40,011 bases of DNA from Candidatus Bathyarchaeia archaeon (GTDB lineage: Archaea > Thermoproteota > Bathyarchaeia > 40CM-2-53-6): contig JBAVVE010000061.1 of assembly GCA_049697135.1 (NCBI GenBank), positions 1 to 40,011 of the forward strand. Direction: 5' to 3'. Made by a program: the position numbers and the translations under genes. Shown here in pieces: positions 1 to 8,401 of the stretch (within the stretch, counting starts at the first letter, position 1; each line of letters begins with the position of its first letter). A model generated the notes under the pieces. The model was not told where the DNA came from. It worked only from the letters and a program-made list of their open reading frames with translations, and searched no databases.

Positions 1-183
1 GCTAAAGTGAAGTGGATGGGATATGCCTACGCAGACAACGATGCCACATGGATTCTCAAGAAAGAGAGACGCTGCACGAAGTGTGGCGACCTGTTCCCGA
101 AAGCATCTTCAGTCGCCAAGTTTCTAAGCCATATCCAAGGCTGCAAGGACTCGGTTGCCATTCCCGTTCAAGAGGCTGCGTGA
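1..183 (+). CDS. C-terminal part of a small Cys/His-rich protein (5' end outside the window)
   Basis: Frame 1 is open from base 1 to TGA 181-183 (..RRCTKCGDLFPKASSVAKFLSHIQGC..). It is missing from the ORF track only because it has no start in the window. Confidence 0.4.
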   Translation, partial: AKVKWMGYAYADNDATWILKKERRCTKCGDLFPKASSVAKFLSHIQGCKDSVAIPVQEAA

Positions 184-712
184 GATGGGAAGGAAACGAG
201 TGCTGACGACGCGGGAGAAGCAATTCAATAGGACAAGAATATTGTTCGGCATGATCACGCTTGCCGTGATCGCTGGTCTGGTGGTTGCGCTTGTCTGGAC
301 TGCAGACGCTCCAAATAGGGCATGTCAAGCAGGATTACAGGTGCATGTTCTCCGGTTTCGCGTTGTGAATCATTACGATCAAGCGATCAGAGTAGACTGG
401 AATTATTCGGTGCCAGGTGTTTGGGCGGAACAATATGATGTGGCCGCGAATACTGGCATGTTCATCTACACAACAGCAAAGTTCGATCCTTCTCACTTGA
501 ATTTACTTGTGACTGTGCGAGCGCATAACACGACGACATCGAACTATCCGTGGCTTCCAGACAAGCCTCACACATTCTCTCTCACTGACCTGTCACTTGT
601 GAATGATGATGGTTACTATGCTTGGCTAAGACAGGCACCAGAAGCTACGGCGCTGCGATTCGAATGCATCAGCGCACAGGTGTATGAAGGTCCAACCATC
701 ATCTTCGGGTAA
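155..712 (+). CDS. hypothetical membrane-anchored or secreted protein
   Basis: 185-aa ORF with a basic N-terminus followed by a TM helix (ILFGMITLAVIAGLVVALVW). The likely true start is ATG 185 (MGRKRV), two bases after the upstream stop. Confidence 0.6.
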   Translation: MPFPFKRLREMGRKRVLTTREKQFNRTRILFGMITLAVIAGLVVALVWTADAPNRACQAGLQVHVLRFRVVNHYDQAIRVDWNYSVPGVWAEQYDVAANTGMFIYTTAKFDPSHLNLLVTVRAHNTTTSNYPWLPDKPHTFSLTDLSLVNDDGYYAWLRQAPEATALRFECISAQVYEGPTIIFG

Positions 713-730
713 AACACGTGAGGTACTTGA

Positions 731-862
731 ATGGCACATGAAAATGGTGACGTGCCCGATGAACCAGTCTATACTTGCCCAACAACTGGGTACAAGTGGT
801 GGACCAAGGAGGAGCACGACGAGCGATGCCCATGTGAAGGTCTGGGAAGACCGATACAATGA
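731..862 (+). CDS. small Cys-rich protein (43 aa), hypothetical
   Basis: ATG 731 to TGA 860-862: MAHENGDVPDEPVYTCPTTGYKWWTKEEHDERCPCEGLGRPIQ. It is below the ORF-track size cutoff and fills an otherwise empty gap. Confidence 0.3.
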   Translation: MAHENGDVPDEPVYTCPTTGYKWWTKEEHDERCPCEGLGRPIQ

Positions 863-893
863 GTTAATGAATCGTCTATGAGGAGGGAGGTGA

Positions 894-1236
894 CTAAAAC
901 TGTGTGAACATCCAAGCGATGAGGAAACGATAGCAATCTATCCAGTAGAAGGAGCTGTTAAGGACGGCCCTGATGAAGTATTCATTATCACGCGGGACTT
1001 TGCGAACGACAACTGTGATGGTTGTATCGAGTTCAGAAGAGAACATGGACCCAAACCGATCTACTATACGAGCCTTAATTACAGAGATGTTGCGGAAGAC
1101 TTCAAGGCCAAGCGAGTTCATGTGGGAAGATCCGTCACGCAACAGGAAGCGAAGGAGTACCTAGATCGTTTGATGATAGGGCAAGCTGAACTCTTGAAGT
1201 TCAAGCAAATATTGGAGCCAAAGGCGATTCAATAAG
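894..1236 (+). CDS. 114-codon ORF without a canonical start (possible CTG start at 900, or a decapitated gene)
   Basis: Frame is open from 894 to TAA 1234-1236 (..DEVFIITRDFANDNCDGCIEFRREHGPKPIYYTSLNYRDV..). A strong GGAGGGAGGTGA lies at 882-893. There is no ATG/GTG/TTG until near the 3' end. Its composition is more protein-like than the antisense track ORF 894-1142. Confidence 0.35.
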
Positions 1237-1246
1237 CATGGCCAGA

Positions 1247-1279
1247 GAATCTTCCGACTTCAGTCGCGGAGAGTGTCAA
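1247..1279 (+). repeat. 33-nt hairpin repeat, copy 1 (solo); same as the TnpB right-end repeat
   Basis: GAATCTTCCGACTTCAGTCGCGGAGAGTGTCAA. It is near-identical to 25740-25772 and 36000-36033. Confidence 0.75.
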
Positions 1280-1284
1280 TCGTT

Positions 1285-2286
1285 CTACGGCACTGATTTG
1301 TTCTGGTCCTCATCCTCATCTCGTTTGAAGATGCCCTCATAGTCTTTCTGGAGATCTGCTTTGTCCAAGTCTATGTAACCGATTGTGACGGATATTGATT
1401 TCTTCGTGTGCCTAGCAAGGCGGCGTGTCTTTTCGAGGTCTTTTAGTCTTCTGTAGGTTTGGGTGATGAAGGCTGCTCGTAGTCTATGTGGGCCCATCTT
1501 ATCCGCATTCGGTATGGGTGGACAGTTGCATGTGGCTTTTGGATCGTAGCGGAGTTCTCTCTCGCCCTTATCGTTGAGTATGATGCTGTAGACTGGGCAG
1601 GGGATCTGATGGAGTCTCGCCTTCAATGCTACTTCTTTGACGATGCGTTGGAGCTCTCTAGTGGAGCCTTCCGGGGTGCTGATTGGAAACAATCGGTCTT
1701 CTTTAGGGACCTTGTTGACTTCAGTGTAGTCTCTCAAGTAGGCAAGTGTGTCCGGGTCGATCGGCTGGTCTTCCGGGGGATGTCTGCCGCTTGCCCAACC
1801 TTTTCCGTGGATCATGATGCGTTTTCCGGAGTAGTCTATATCACAGGGCCGGAGTCCGGGAAGGGGTTTTCGAGGATGATCCGGAGGGATTCCGGACTTT
1901 CTCCACTCTTGACATGCCTTATGTTTGCAGCCTTTCGGAGCTTTTCCGGAGTTTGTCGGAGTTGTCCCGGAGCGTTTCGATCTGCAAGCGTGGCACCGGC
2001 AGTAGGCGAGCGAAGGCGGTTGGCATACGAGCTCTGCTTCCCGGATTCCGGTGCGGATGATTATGCGGAGCATGAGGTAGACTCTAATGGCAAACTCGTA
2101 GAATGCTGTCCGGAGGAGCGCATCGAGGACCACATCGCCAGGAGCTCCTTTCCAGCGCTGGCCTCTCTTTCCTTTCCTTCCCTTCTTGGGGGATCCAGTT
2201 GGAGGCGCAGGCGGTGGTGGAGGCGCGATCGAGAGTTGCGGATAATTCTTGGCCAGTTCGTCTAGGCCGGAGGTTGAGTTGTTCAT
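1285..2286 (-). CDS. tyrosine recombinase / integrase
   Basis: 333 aa. Box I is TGIREAEL, box II is HRLRAAF, and HTKKSISVTIGYID carries the C-terminal catalytic Tyr. The N-terminus is Pro- and Lys-rich, and there is an internal Cys/His-rich insertion (CRCHACRSK..CKHKAC). Confidence 0.85.
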   Translation of the reverse strand: MNNSTSGLDELAKNYPQLSIAPPPPPAPPTGSPKKGRKGKRGQRWKGAPGDVVLDALLRTAFYEFAIRVYLMLRIIIRTGIREAELVCQPPSLAYCRCHACRSKRSGTTPTNSGKAPKGCKHKACQEWRKSGIPPDHPRKPLPGLRPCDIDYSGKRIMIHGKGWASGRHPPEDQPIDPDTLAYLRDYTEVNKVPKEDRLFPISTPEGSTRELQRIVKEVALKARLHQIPCPVYSIILNDKGERELRYDPKATCNCPPIPNADKMGPHRLRAAFITQTYRRLKDLEKTRRLARHTKKSISVTIGYIDLDKADLQKDYEGIFKRDEDEDQNKSVP

Positions 2287-2299
2287 GAAGAGAAAATTA

Positions 2300-2553
2300 C
2301 TTGTCGTAATATTCGGAGCGCAAGCTCAGTCCGGAGATGTGACGCTTTCTGAATAGTCCATCGTGGACGGATTGAACGGACAGAATCGGATTCTGCTGGT
2401 GCAATCGGAGTAATCCGACACTGGTTCCTGCCAAGAGACCTGTTGAGCCTGACCCCTTGACCTAGTAGTTGAGGAATCGGCCTCGAACTTTTTAAAAAAA
2501 TCGAGACGGGAGGCCTATGCTTCAGCTTGTCGTAAAATTGAGATATTACGACA
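2300..2553. promoter_or_regulatory. integrase-proximal intergenic control region with repeated CTTGTCGTAA sites and a hairpin
   Basis: CTTGTCGTAA occurs at 2300-2309 and 2526-2535. The second copy forms a perfect 8-bp hairpin, TGTCGTAA(2528-2535)/TTACGACA(2546-2553). TTTTTAAAAAAA lies near 2490-2501. No ORF is present. Confidence 0.35.
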
Positions 2554-2776
2554 GTTACCCATAGCGGCTAATTCTGGCTTCTTTCAGGTTCCCGGGGCGC
2601 AGTTTGAGGCAGGTTCGAGGTCGGTCGAGCCGCCGATTTCCCCTCCATCTGTAACGGATGGCATTGATGGATCCGCCTGTTTTACGCGTACAATATATGG
2701 CTTCATACACGTGGGTGGGATGTTAACACATTGGTACGTTTACATTTTCATATTATACCAGTGGAGCATCTGAACG

Positions 2777-3295
2777 ATGGGTTTTGAGAGCGATGTTCAG
2801 ACGAGGAAGTTCCAAGCAGTCATATCTCATGTTCACAGAGGATCAAAGGAATCATCACTCGACTCTCTGCATCTCACAGAAGGAAAGAAATGGAGTGGGC
2901 GATCGCTGGGTCGAGCTTGGGTCAGATGGCCTCACCACTTCAAGGCAGGCGACCTAGTGGAGATTGAGTGGAAGATCAGCAAACTCAATGGCTCCCTGAA
3001 GCCAATGTTCCCCTATGATTCGCTTTGGAACCTTCTCTTCATGGTCCTATTCTTGCTGGGGGTATCTTGGGTTGCCGGGGTTATTGCTTCCACTCTGTAC
3101 TTCTCGACGGAAGGTGTCCAATGGGTTGCCATTTCCTCAGGACCGCCTCATATCAGTTGGATCGGTCTCATCGTGCTCATCGTAGTCTTCATTGTGCTGT
3201 GGCATCCGTTGGTCGACTACCTAGAGCGACAAGGCAGATGGGGAATATGGGCGGCGGAGCAGTTTCCCCCGCCGCTTGAGACCCCCAAGGTGTGA
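2777..3295 (+). CDS. hypothetical integral membrane protein
   Basis: 172 aa with three hydrophobic helices in the C-terminal half. An AT-rich TATA-like TTTTCATATTATAC lies about 20-30 nt upstream of ATG 2777. Confidence 0.6.
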   Translation: MGFESDVQTRKFQAVISHVHRGSKESSLDSLHLTEGKKWSGRSLGRAWVRWPHHFKAGDLVEIEWKISKLNGSLKPMFPYDSLWNLLFMVLFLLGVSWVAGVIASTLYFSTEGVQWVAISSGPPHISWIGLIVLIVVFIVLWHPLVDYLERQGRWGIWAAEQFPPPLETPKV

Positions 3296-4182
3296 TCACG
3301 ATGGATTGGCGCAAAGTATTCTCTTTGCAGACGTGGTCTCAGGATCGTGAAATCATCAAGGCTCGTCAAGTAGGCTGCCGGAAGGCAATTATTGTACCGA
3401 CATCAATTCGTCCGTTCAGAATGAATGGGCAAATGCGTGATGCACTCTGCGAATCATGCCGACCCAAAGCCGCAGAATACATTCTCACATACGACGATGC
3501 AGCAGAGCGAAGAGATGTACGCATCTTCCTGATCGGAATCTCCATTATCGCTCTACTGATCGTAGGCATGGTAGCCGGAGCGTATTTCGTCAGCTCACGC
3601 ACGGCAGTGAAGACAGTCCAAGCTTTGCCGCTTGGGTATCCTGTCAAACTGCACATGCTCTACATCAATGAGGTTGAGATTCCAGTCAAGAACTGTGCCG
3701 CTTACTATCCCAATGCAACTGGCACGTGTGATTATCTGAAGATGATAGATCCTTCTGCTGAGTCATTTGCGGCTCGAACATTGCTCGGCTTCAACGCAAA
3801 TGTCACCGACAAGACTTACTACACGAGCATCAAGGTCTATGACGACCGGAATATCATGATCGGTCAATTCGTGTGGGATCCCTTCACTACGCCCTCTACG
3901 ATGACGATTCCTGCGACTACAACTTCAACGGAGACGACTAGCACAAGCTACATGACTACGACTACAATCTCGACCACGATCTCGACGACTACAACGATGA
4001 CGGGTGGCTACTACCCATCCTGTCGAGGAGCATCACAAGTTGATTGGAGCTTGCCCTTGTATCCAACGAGCAACTCGGTCTTCGTGCATCTCCAGAGGCC
4101 GCTCGCATACGATGAATGGATCTGGGTCCGAGTGTACTACGGCAACGCGCTCATTGGTGAATGGAGCAGCTCAGTAGCATAG
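3292..4182 (+). CDS. membrane-anchored extracellular protein with a Thr/Ser-rich linker
   Basis: 296 aa. TM helix is IFLIGISIIALLIVGMVAGAYFV and the linker is TTTSTETTSTSYMTTTTISTTISTTTTMTG. The start overlaps the upstream stop (GTGTGA). Confidence 0.7.
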   Translation: MITMDWRKVFSLQTWSQDREIIKARQVGCRKAIIVPTSIRPFRMNGQMRDALCESCRPKAAEYILTYDDAAERRDVRIFLIGISIIALLIVGMVAGAYFVSSRTAVKTVQALPLGYPVKLHMLYINEVEIPVKNCAAYYPNATGTCDYLKMIDPSAESFAARTLLGFNANVTDKTYYTSIKVYDDRNIMIGQFVWDPFTTPSTMTIPATTTSTETTSTSYMTTTTISTTISTTTTMTGGYYPSCRGASQVDWSLPLYPTSNSVFVHLQRPLAYDEWIWVRVYYGNALIGEWSSSVA

Positions 4183-4216
4183 CGATCATCTCCGACAACA
4201 TACGCCTTGGAGGAAT

Positions 4217-4501
4217 GTGTCTAGCATGGTGCGCACAATATCACAGTATTACTGTGAGAAGCCTAAGTGCCACGCGCCTCCATTCGATAATGAGAAAGAA
4301 GCACTTGAGCATGAGGCGCAAGAGCATTGTGCATTGTGCGGATACGTTATGGCAGATCATCCAATGACGATGTATGAAGAGAACTCAAACGCAATTCGAT
4401 GGCGATGCGACGGCAAAGAAATCGACCACGACCCTGAGCATGAAGGCGCAAGGCTACTTGCAAAGCATAGAGCAGAAGGAGCAAGTGTGGAGATCCCTTG
4501 A
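4217..4501 (+). CDS. small zinc-finger-like protein
   Basis: 94 aa containing YYCEKPKCHAPP..HCALCGY Cys/His pairs. Its end overlaps the next ORF. Confidence 0.5.
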   Translation: MSSMVRTISQYYCEKPKCHAPPFDNEKEALEHEAQEHCALCGYVMADHPMTMYEENSNAIRWRCDGKEIDHDPEHEGARLLAKHRAEGASVEIP

Positions 4502-5277
4502 GCACACAGGTGGACACGTCACCAGTCGGAGATGCAGGCCTAACCCCAGTGAAGGATGAGATTGTTCGTCCGGATCCGCATTTCTCCAGGGACACTTATG
4601 AGAAGGCTCTCATTCGCGTGAAAGCGCTGAAGTTGAGAAGCTTCAATGAGTATGTTAACCAGCTTGTCATTGCGGATGTGACGCATCAGGCTGCCGAGAG
4701 TATTCGTGTCGAAGAACGCATGAATCAGGATGTTGTGAAGATTCGGCGGCGCAAGGACCAGCTAGGCAAAGTGATCAACAGTTGTCTGGTCACGATGGAT
4801 CCTGGCATATCGAAGGAAGTGTTGAGGGAGCAGCGTGGTGAGGTCCTTGAGGTCTTTCGTGGGCTCTATTTCTCGAAGGAAGTTGATGGAACAGTTCAGC
4901 CTTACAATATCCTAGAGGTTCTTCCGAAGCTGCGTGCGAGGGTTGAGGAGAGGAAAGACCCGGAGTTGCTTCAGCGGCTTGACGCTTTCGTGGACTTCCT
5001 ACGTGCCCAGGACAGTCTGTGGCGACTCAAGCAGGACACGATTGCAGTTCGCTTCACGCACTTGGAGCCGGAAGCTGTGAAATCTGCTGTCGATCAATTC
5101 ACTGAGGGAACACCGTTGCCACCGCCGAAGGTGACTATTCGAACCGTACATGAACCGGCAGAAGACATGCCGAGCTTGGAACCGGATCCTGAGGAGCCTC
5201 TTGCCTTTCTCTACAAGGCACCACCTGTCTCGAAAGATCGGTGGTGGGAAAAAGCTGAGAAGAAGTCAGGGAGTTAG
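4498..5277 (+). CDS. hypothetical protein with a possible N-terminal ribbon-helix-helix segment
   Basis: 259 aa. RDTYEKALIRVKALKLRSFNEYVNQLVIADV resembles an RHH (CopG/Arc-like) strand-helix-helix. The rest of the protein is unrecognised. Confidence 0.5.
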   Translation: MSTQVDTSPVGDAGLTPVKDEIVRPDPHFSRDTYEKALIRVKALKLRSFNEYVNQLVIADVTHQAAESIRVEERMNQDVVKIRRRKDQLGKVINSCLVTMDPGISKEVLREQRGEVLEVFRGLYFSKEVDGTVQPYNILEVLPKLRARVEERKDPELLQRLDAFVDFLRAQDSLWRLKQDTIAVRFTHLEPEAVKSAVDQFTEGTPLPPPKVTIRTVHEPAEDMPSLEPDPEEPLAFLYKAPPVSKDRWWEKAEKKSGS

Positions 5278-5280
5278 GCC

Positions 5281-5715
5281 TTGGAGAAGAGAAAGGGAAT
5301 CGCGCTTCTGATGCTTGGAGTGTTGCTGGGTTCTCTAGGAGCGACAGTAGTTTGGAACAATGTATGTCCGAATAGGCTCTGCCGCTATGTAATTCATCAA
5401 CCAATGAATTTGGCTCTTCTAGGAGCTAACGAACATTATCCAGCGTGGATACGGGTTACGGGATATGCTCCTTTGGAGTCTCCAATTTGGAAAGAAGTGT
5501 CGGGCAAGCTGACCGATACAGGATGGTGGGAGAGTCTTGATCACACATGGTCTTGGGACGGAAGATACGGCATAGTAGACGGCGAAATCTACGCGACTGA
5601 TTACTACATCTCAATTCAAGCTCCCGATCATTGTACAAAGTACATCATGTGGTCTCTTCCAACGAACGGAACCGAAATAGTTGTGACTTTGGAATGGGGC
5701 TGCCTACCCATTTGA
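5281..5715 (+). CDS. hypothetical secreted protein
   Basis: 144 aa with an N-terminal signal/anchor (GIALLMLGVLLGSLGATVVW). Confidence 0.55.
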   Translation: MEKRKGIALLMLGVLLGSLGATVVWNNVCPNRLCRYVIHQPMNLALLGANEHYPAWIRVTGYAPLESPIWKEVSGKLTDTGWWESLDHTWSWDGRYGIVDGEIYATDYYISIQAPDHCTKYIMWSLPTNGTEIVVTLEWGCLPI

Positions 5716-5755
5716 GCAAGTCGCTGTCGTTGTTGAAAGGAGCTGAGAAGAAGCA

Positions 5756-6535
5756 ATGATGCCGCTTCTTCTGGTGTCGTTCTTGTTCTTGTCTTCTTTG
5801 AACATGACATGGTTGCCGTTCGTGTTCATTACTGAGGTCTCTCCCGAGTCTCCGATGATCTTTGACATGGTGACGGTGACTTGGCTTGTGCAGACTGATG
5901 TTTCAGTGCCCATAACGGTGGCTCAGTGGGATTTCGGAGACGGCACTGGGGGCGTAGACGCTCAGCAGAACATGACGGGCACGTTCTACATAACGCGGGC
6001 GCATGTCTACGCGGTGCCTGGCGACTATTATGTGCGTGTAGGTGTGGTGGATGCTTTGAATCGGACTGCTCAAGATGTTATAGCGGTCACGGTTCAGCCT
6101 CGTGCAACAGTAATCACTTTCAATGTGAATCCGGTGAATGTGAACTCCAGCTATGACGAGCACTTCACATTTGAGGCGAGTCTTGCGACGGATCAAGGAG
6201 TCACGCTGGTCGGTCAGCCGGTCGCTTTCTGGTACTCTCCCGTGCCTGTGAATCAAACAGCCGATGATATCAAGTGGTACTCGGCTGGAGGAGGACTAAC
6301 GAGCAACGGTGGACGCATCATGACTTTATGGGTTGCACCCTTCGACGGACAATACATATTCAAAGCTACATTCGATGGCGGCGAACTCTATGCTCCAACC
6401 GAAACAATCTACACCATGATTTGTCAAGTCACACCTGAGTTTGCGATGCCATCAGTAGTGCTGATCATCGGGTTTCTCTCAATCGTCTTTTGCAAGAGAA
6501 TAGGGCACCGACCGTCGGCCAGCATACACCTGTAA
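5756..6535 (+). CDS. PKD-domain surface protein with a PEF-CTERM-like C-terminal sorting signal
   Basis: WDFGDGTGG..HVYAVPGDYYVRVGVVDALN is a classic PKD signature. The C-terminus is TPEF + AMPSVVLIIGFLSIVFC + KR (PEF motif, TM helix, basic cluster). Confidence 0.75.
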   Translation: MMPLLLVSFLFLSSLNMTWLPFVFITEVSPESPMIFDMVTVTWLVQTDVSVPITVAQWDFGDGTGGVDAQQNMTGTFYITRAHVYAVPGDYYVRVGVVDALNRTAQDVIAVTVQPRATVITFNVNPVNVNSSYDEHFTFEASLATDQGVTLVGQPVAFWYSPVPVNQTADDIKWYSAGGGLTSNGGRIMTLWVAPFDGQYIFKATFDGGELYAPTETIYTMICQVTPEFAMPSVVLIIGFLSIVFCKRIGHRPSASIHL

Positions 6536-6559
6536 GTTTGGCTAGAAGCCGTAAGGCTT

Positions 6560-6838
6560 ATGGGTAAGTGGTGTGGACTACTGCCCAAGGGAAAGTACAT
6601 GACAGACGGAGTAATCGTCAAGATATTGGACTATCTACGGAAGTCTGCGCCGAAGGACTTGAGCATCGAGGAGCTCGCCCAGGCGACCGGAATCCACCGC
6701 AACACCGTCTCGAAGTATGTCTATGCGCTTGAGAGAGAGGGTAAGATCATGACGGTCCGCACAGTTGGCAATGCCAAGATGTACGTTCGACTTGGGCGGA
6801 GTGCGGCTCATACTTTAGAACCGAAGAGATTGATCTGA
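6560..6838 (+). CDS. winged-helix (MarR/ArsR/TrmB-like) DNA-binding protein
   Basis: ILDYLRKSAPKDLSIEELAQATGIHRNTVSKYVYALEREGKI is a helix-turn-helix plus wing pattern. ATG 6599 is the probable start. Confidence 0.65.
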   Translation: MGKWCGLLPKGKYMTDGVIVKILDYLRKSAPKDLSIEELAQATGIHRNTVSKYVYALEREGKIMTVRTVGNAKMYVRLGRSAAHTLEPKRLI

Positions 6839-7257
6839 ACAAGAAAGAACCCAAGGGCAATCAATGGAAACGCTTCTATTGGGTGCCTCCAGAAACAGAA
6901 AACGCAACTATCGTGGAAGAATGAACTCGTGGTCGTATGCCGAGTTGCAGCGGCAGATTGAGTACAAGGAAGGCCAAATGGTTAGGTTTGCCAGTCACTA
7001 CCGTGCCTTCGCGTGGGACAAGTAGCAAGTGTTCGATATGTGACCACAAAATGAAGGTCGAAGAGAACCGAACGCTACACTGCCCCTCATGCGGGTACAT
7101 GGTAGATCGTGATGTGAACGCCGCCAAGAACATCTTGGAGGCGGGAAGGCTGAGGTTCGGCCTAGTCGAGCGTGCAGGTGAAGCGATGAAACTGTCTTGT
7201 TCAAACGAGCAAGTCGATGCACGCCAGTTACCGAAAGCGGGGCTACCCCTCACTTAA
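6834..7257 (+). pseudogene. tnpB: TnpB (IS200/IS605 OrfB) relic, 5'-truncated and frameshifted
   Basis: Frame 0 reads ..NSWSYAELQRQIEYK. After a 1-nt shift near 6967-6972 it reads KAKWLGLPVTTVPSRGTSSKCSICD..HCPSCGYMVDRDVNAAKNILEAG (zinc ribbon plus RuvC-III). The N-terminal two-thirds is absent. Confidence 0.7.
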
Positions 7258-7392
7258 GTTAACAGAACCATCGTAGGCGGATCTGCGGCAAGGATGGAGG
7301 AAGCGTCCTACCAAACACGAGAGCAAGTAATCTGTTTTGGAGGACAGTTCCAGATCGTGTGATTCATTTTCTCTACTGAGGATGACTAGCTA

Positions 7393-7422
7393 GTGTCAAC
7401 TGATCGCAGGAGGATCTACGGG
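7393..7422 (+). repeat. SSDRRxLYG module, copy A (GTG-initiated)
   Basis: GTG TCA ACT GAT CGC AGG AGG ATC TAC GGG = VSTDRRRIYG. It is preceded by CATTTTCTCTACTGAGG (7365-7381). An in-frame TAG lies 2 codons upstream. Confidence 0.7.
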
Positions 7423-7596
7423 GGCAAAGGCAAGTCTTCGGGCGCGTCGATTGAGTTCTTCAATGTCAGAAGAAGGGAGAAGGTTTCGATTCCTGAATCT
7501 GATGTGGAGATAATCAAGAAGAAGGGCCTACTAATGTACGCTGCCACGGATCCGCAAGACGGCATGAAGTTGAGGAAGATCAAGGGGCGAGCGTAG
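7393..7596 (+). CDS. small basic protein carrying the SSDRRxLYG N-terminal module; possible SH3-like (Cren7/Sul7-type) nucleic-acid binder
   Basis: 67 aa with a GTG start. The body ..KVSIPESDVEIIKKKGLLMYAATDPQDGMKLRKIKG loosely resembles the Cren7 C-terminal hairpin (..GLFKDPETGKYFRHKL). This is pattern-level only. Confidence 0.5.
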   Translation: MSTDRRRIYGGKGKSSGASIEFFNVRRREKVSIPESDVEIIKKKGLLMYAATDPQDGMKLRKIKGRA

Positions 7597-7600
7597 CAGC

Positions 7601-8014
7601 TTGCCTAAGTCGATCGTTGCCGCGCTAATCGGCTGGGTCTACATGCTCGTCGGGGCTTTCAATGTAGTCGCGGCTTTTGTTCCGGAGTTGCAGGTGTACT
7701 CGTTCCAGGCTGCGCAGTATGTTGGTTTCGGCTTGATGTCATTCTTGAACATCTCAATACTTTTCATTGGTGCGTTGATGATTCCTATCGGTTTCGCGGT
7801 TTGGAGGACATGGAAGGGTGGCTGGTGGGTGATGTTCGTTGTTCAGGTCGCCAGTTTGCTCGGCATGACCTTTATTCTGCTTCAAGCTCTTGGGAGTGGT
7901 GTTGCTGTGATTCAGACATTCATTCCGCCGATCGTGAACTTCTTTCTAATTCTGATCCTAATCGGCAAGAAAGGCACTTTCGGTAAGCGGCGAGGCCCTA
8001 TGGGTGAACACTAG
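7601..8014 (+). CDS. integral membrane protein (4 TM)
   Basis: 137 aa, almost entirely hydrophobic helices, with a basic C-terminus. Confidence 0.65.
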   Translation: MPKSIVAALIGWVYMLVGAFNVVAAFVPELQVYSFQAAQYVGFGLMSFLNISILFIGALMIPIGFAVWRTWKGGWWVMFVVQVASLLGMTFILLQALGSGVAVIQTFIPPIVNFFLILILIGKKGTFGKRRGPMGEH

Positions 8015-8040
8015 AACATGAGGGGATGAGGGGCTAAGTA

Positions 8041-8400
8041 TTGGGCTGGAAGGGCGTACTCACCGCCGTCAGTGGTTTGGTTCTGAGTTTCGTTCGTTCG
8101 TTCGTTGGGGTTGGTTCAGACATTTCTGTAGCGTACTCAGCGATTGCGGCGCCACTGAAGACCTTCATGGTTCTGCTTTTGGGTCCGCTTGGGTTTGTGG
8201 TGGGGTGGGTTCCCGCTGACTGGGTCTTGTCCGGACTGTCTTGGATTTTCTTGACGGCATTGATCTTTCTAGCGGTCTCGGCGGCTAAGGGTGTTGTCGG
8301 GTGGATAGTTGCCATCACGCTTGCTGTTGTGATAGTGGTCTTCGTTTTCGGTGGAGCATTTGCGGTTCCAGCGTTTGCGTTTCCACAACTAGGCGGATAA
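8041..8400 (+). CDS. integral membrane protein
   Basis: 119 aa, multi-TM, with a TTG start. Confidence 0.55.
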   Translation: MGWKGVLTAVSGLVLSFVRSFVGVGSDISVAYSAIAAPLKTFMVLLLGPLGFVVGWVPADWVLSGLSWIFLTALIFLAVSAAKGVVGWIVAITLAVVIVVFVFGGAFAVPAFAFPQLGG

Positions 8401-8401
8401 G

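Noticed and set aside
12-328. Track ORFs 12-206 (+) and 56-328 (-)
   Set aside because: They overlap the better-supported frame-1 partial ORF (1-183) and the start of ORF 155-712. Their products are Arg/Cys-rich with no features.
1800-2420. Apparent enrichment of TCCGGA/CCGGAG
   Set aside because: On the coding (-) strand these are Ser-Gly/Pro-Glu codons of the integrase's low-complexity segments. No spacing regularity is visible.
2560-2680. Possible tRNA (integrase target) suggested by GGTTCGAGG
   Set aside because: No complementary T-stem, acceptor stem or anticodon arm can be drawn on either strand.
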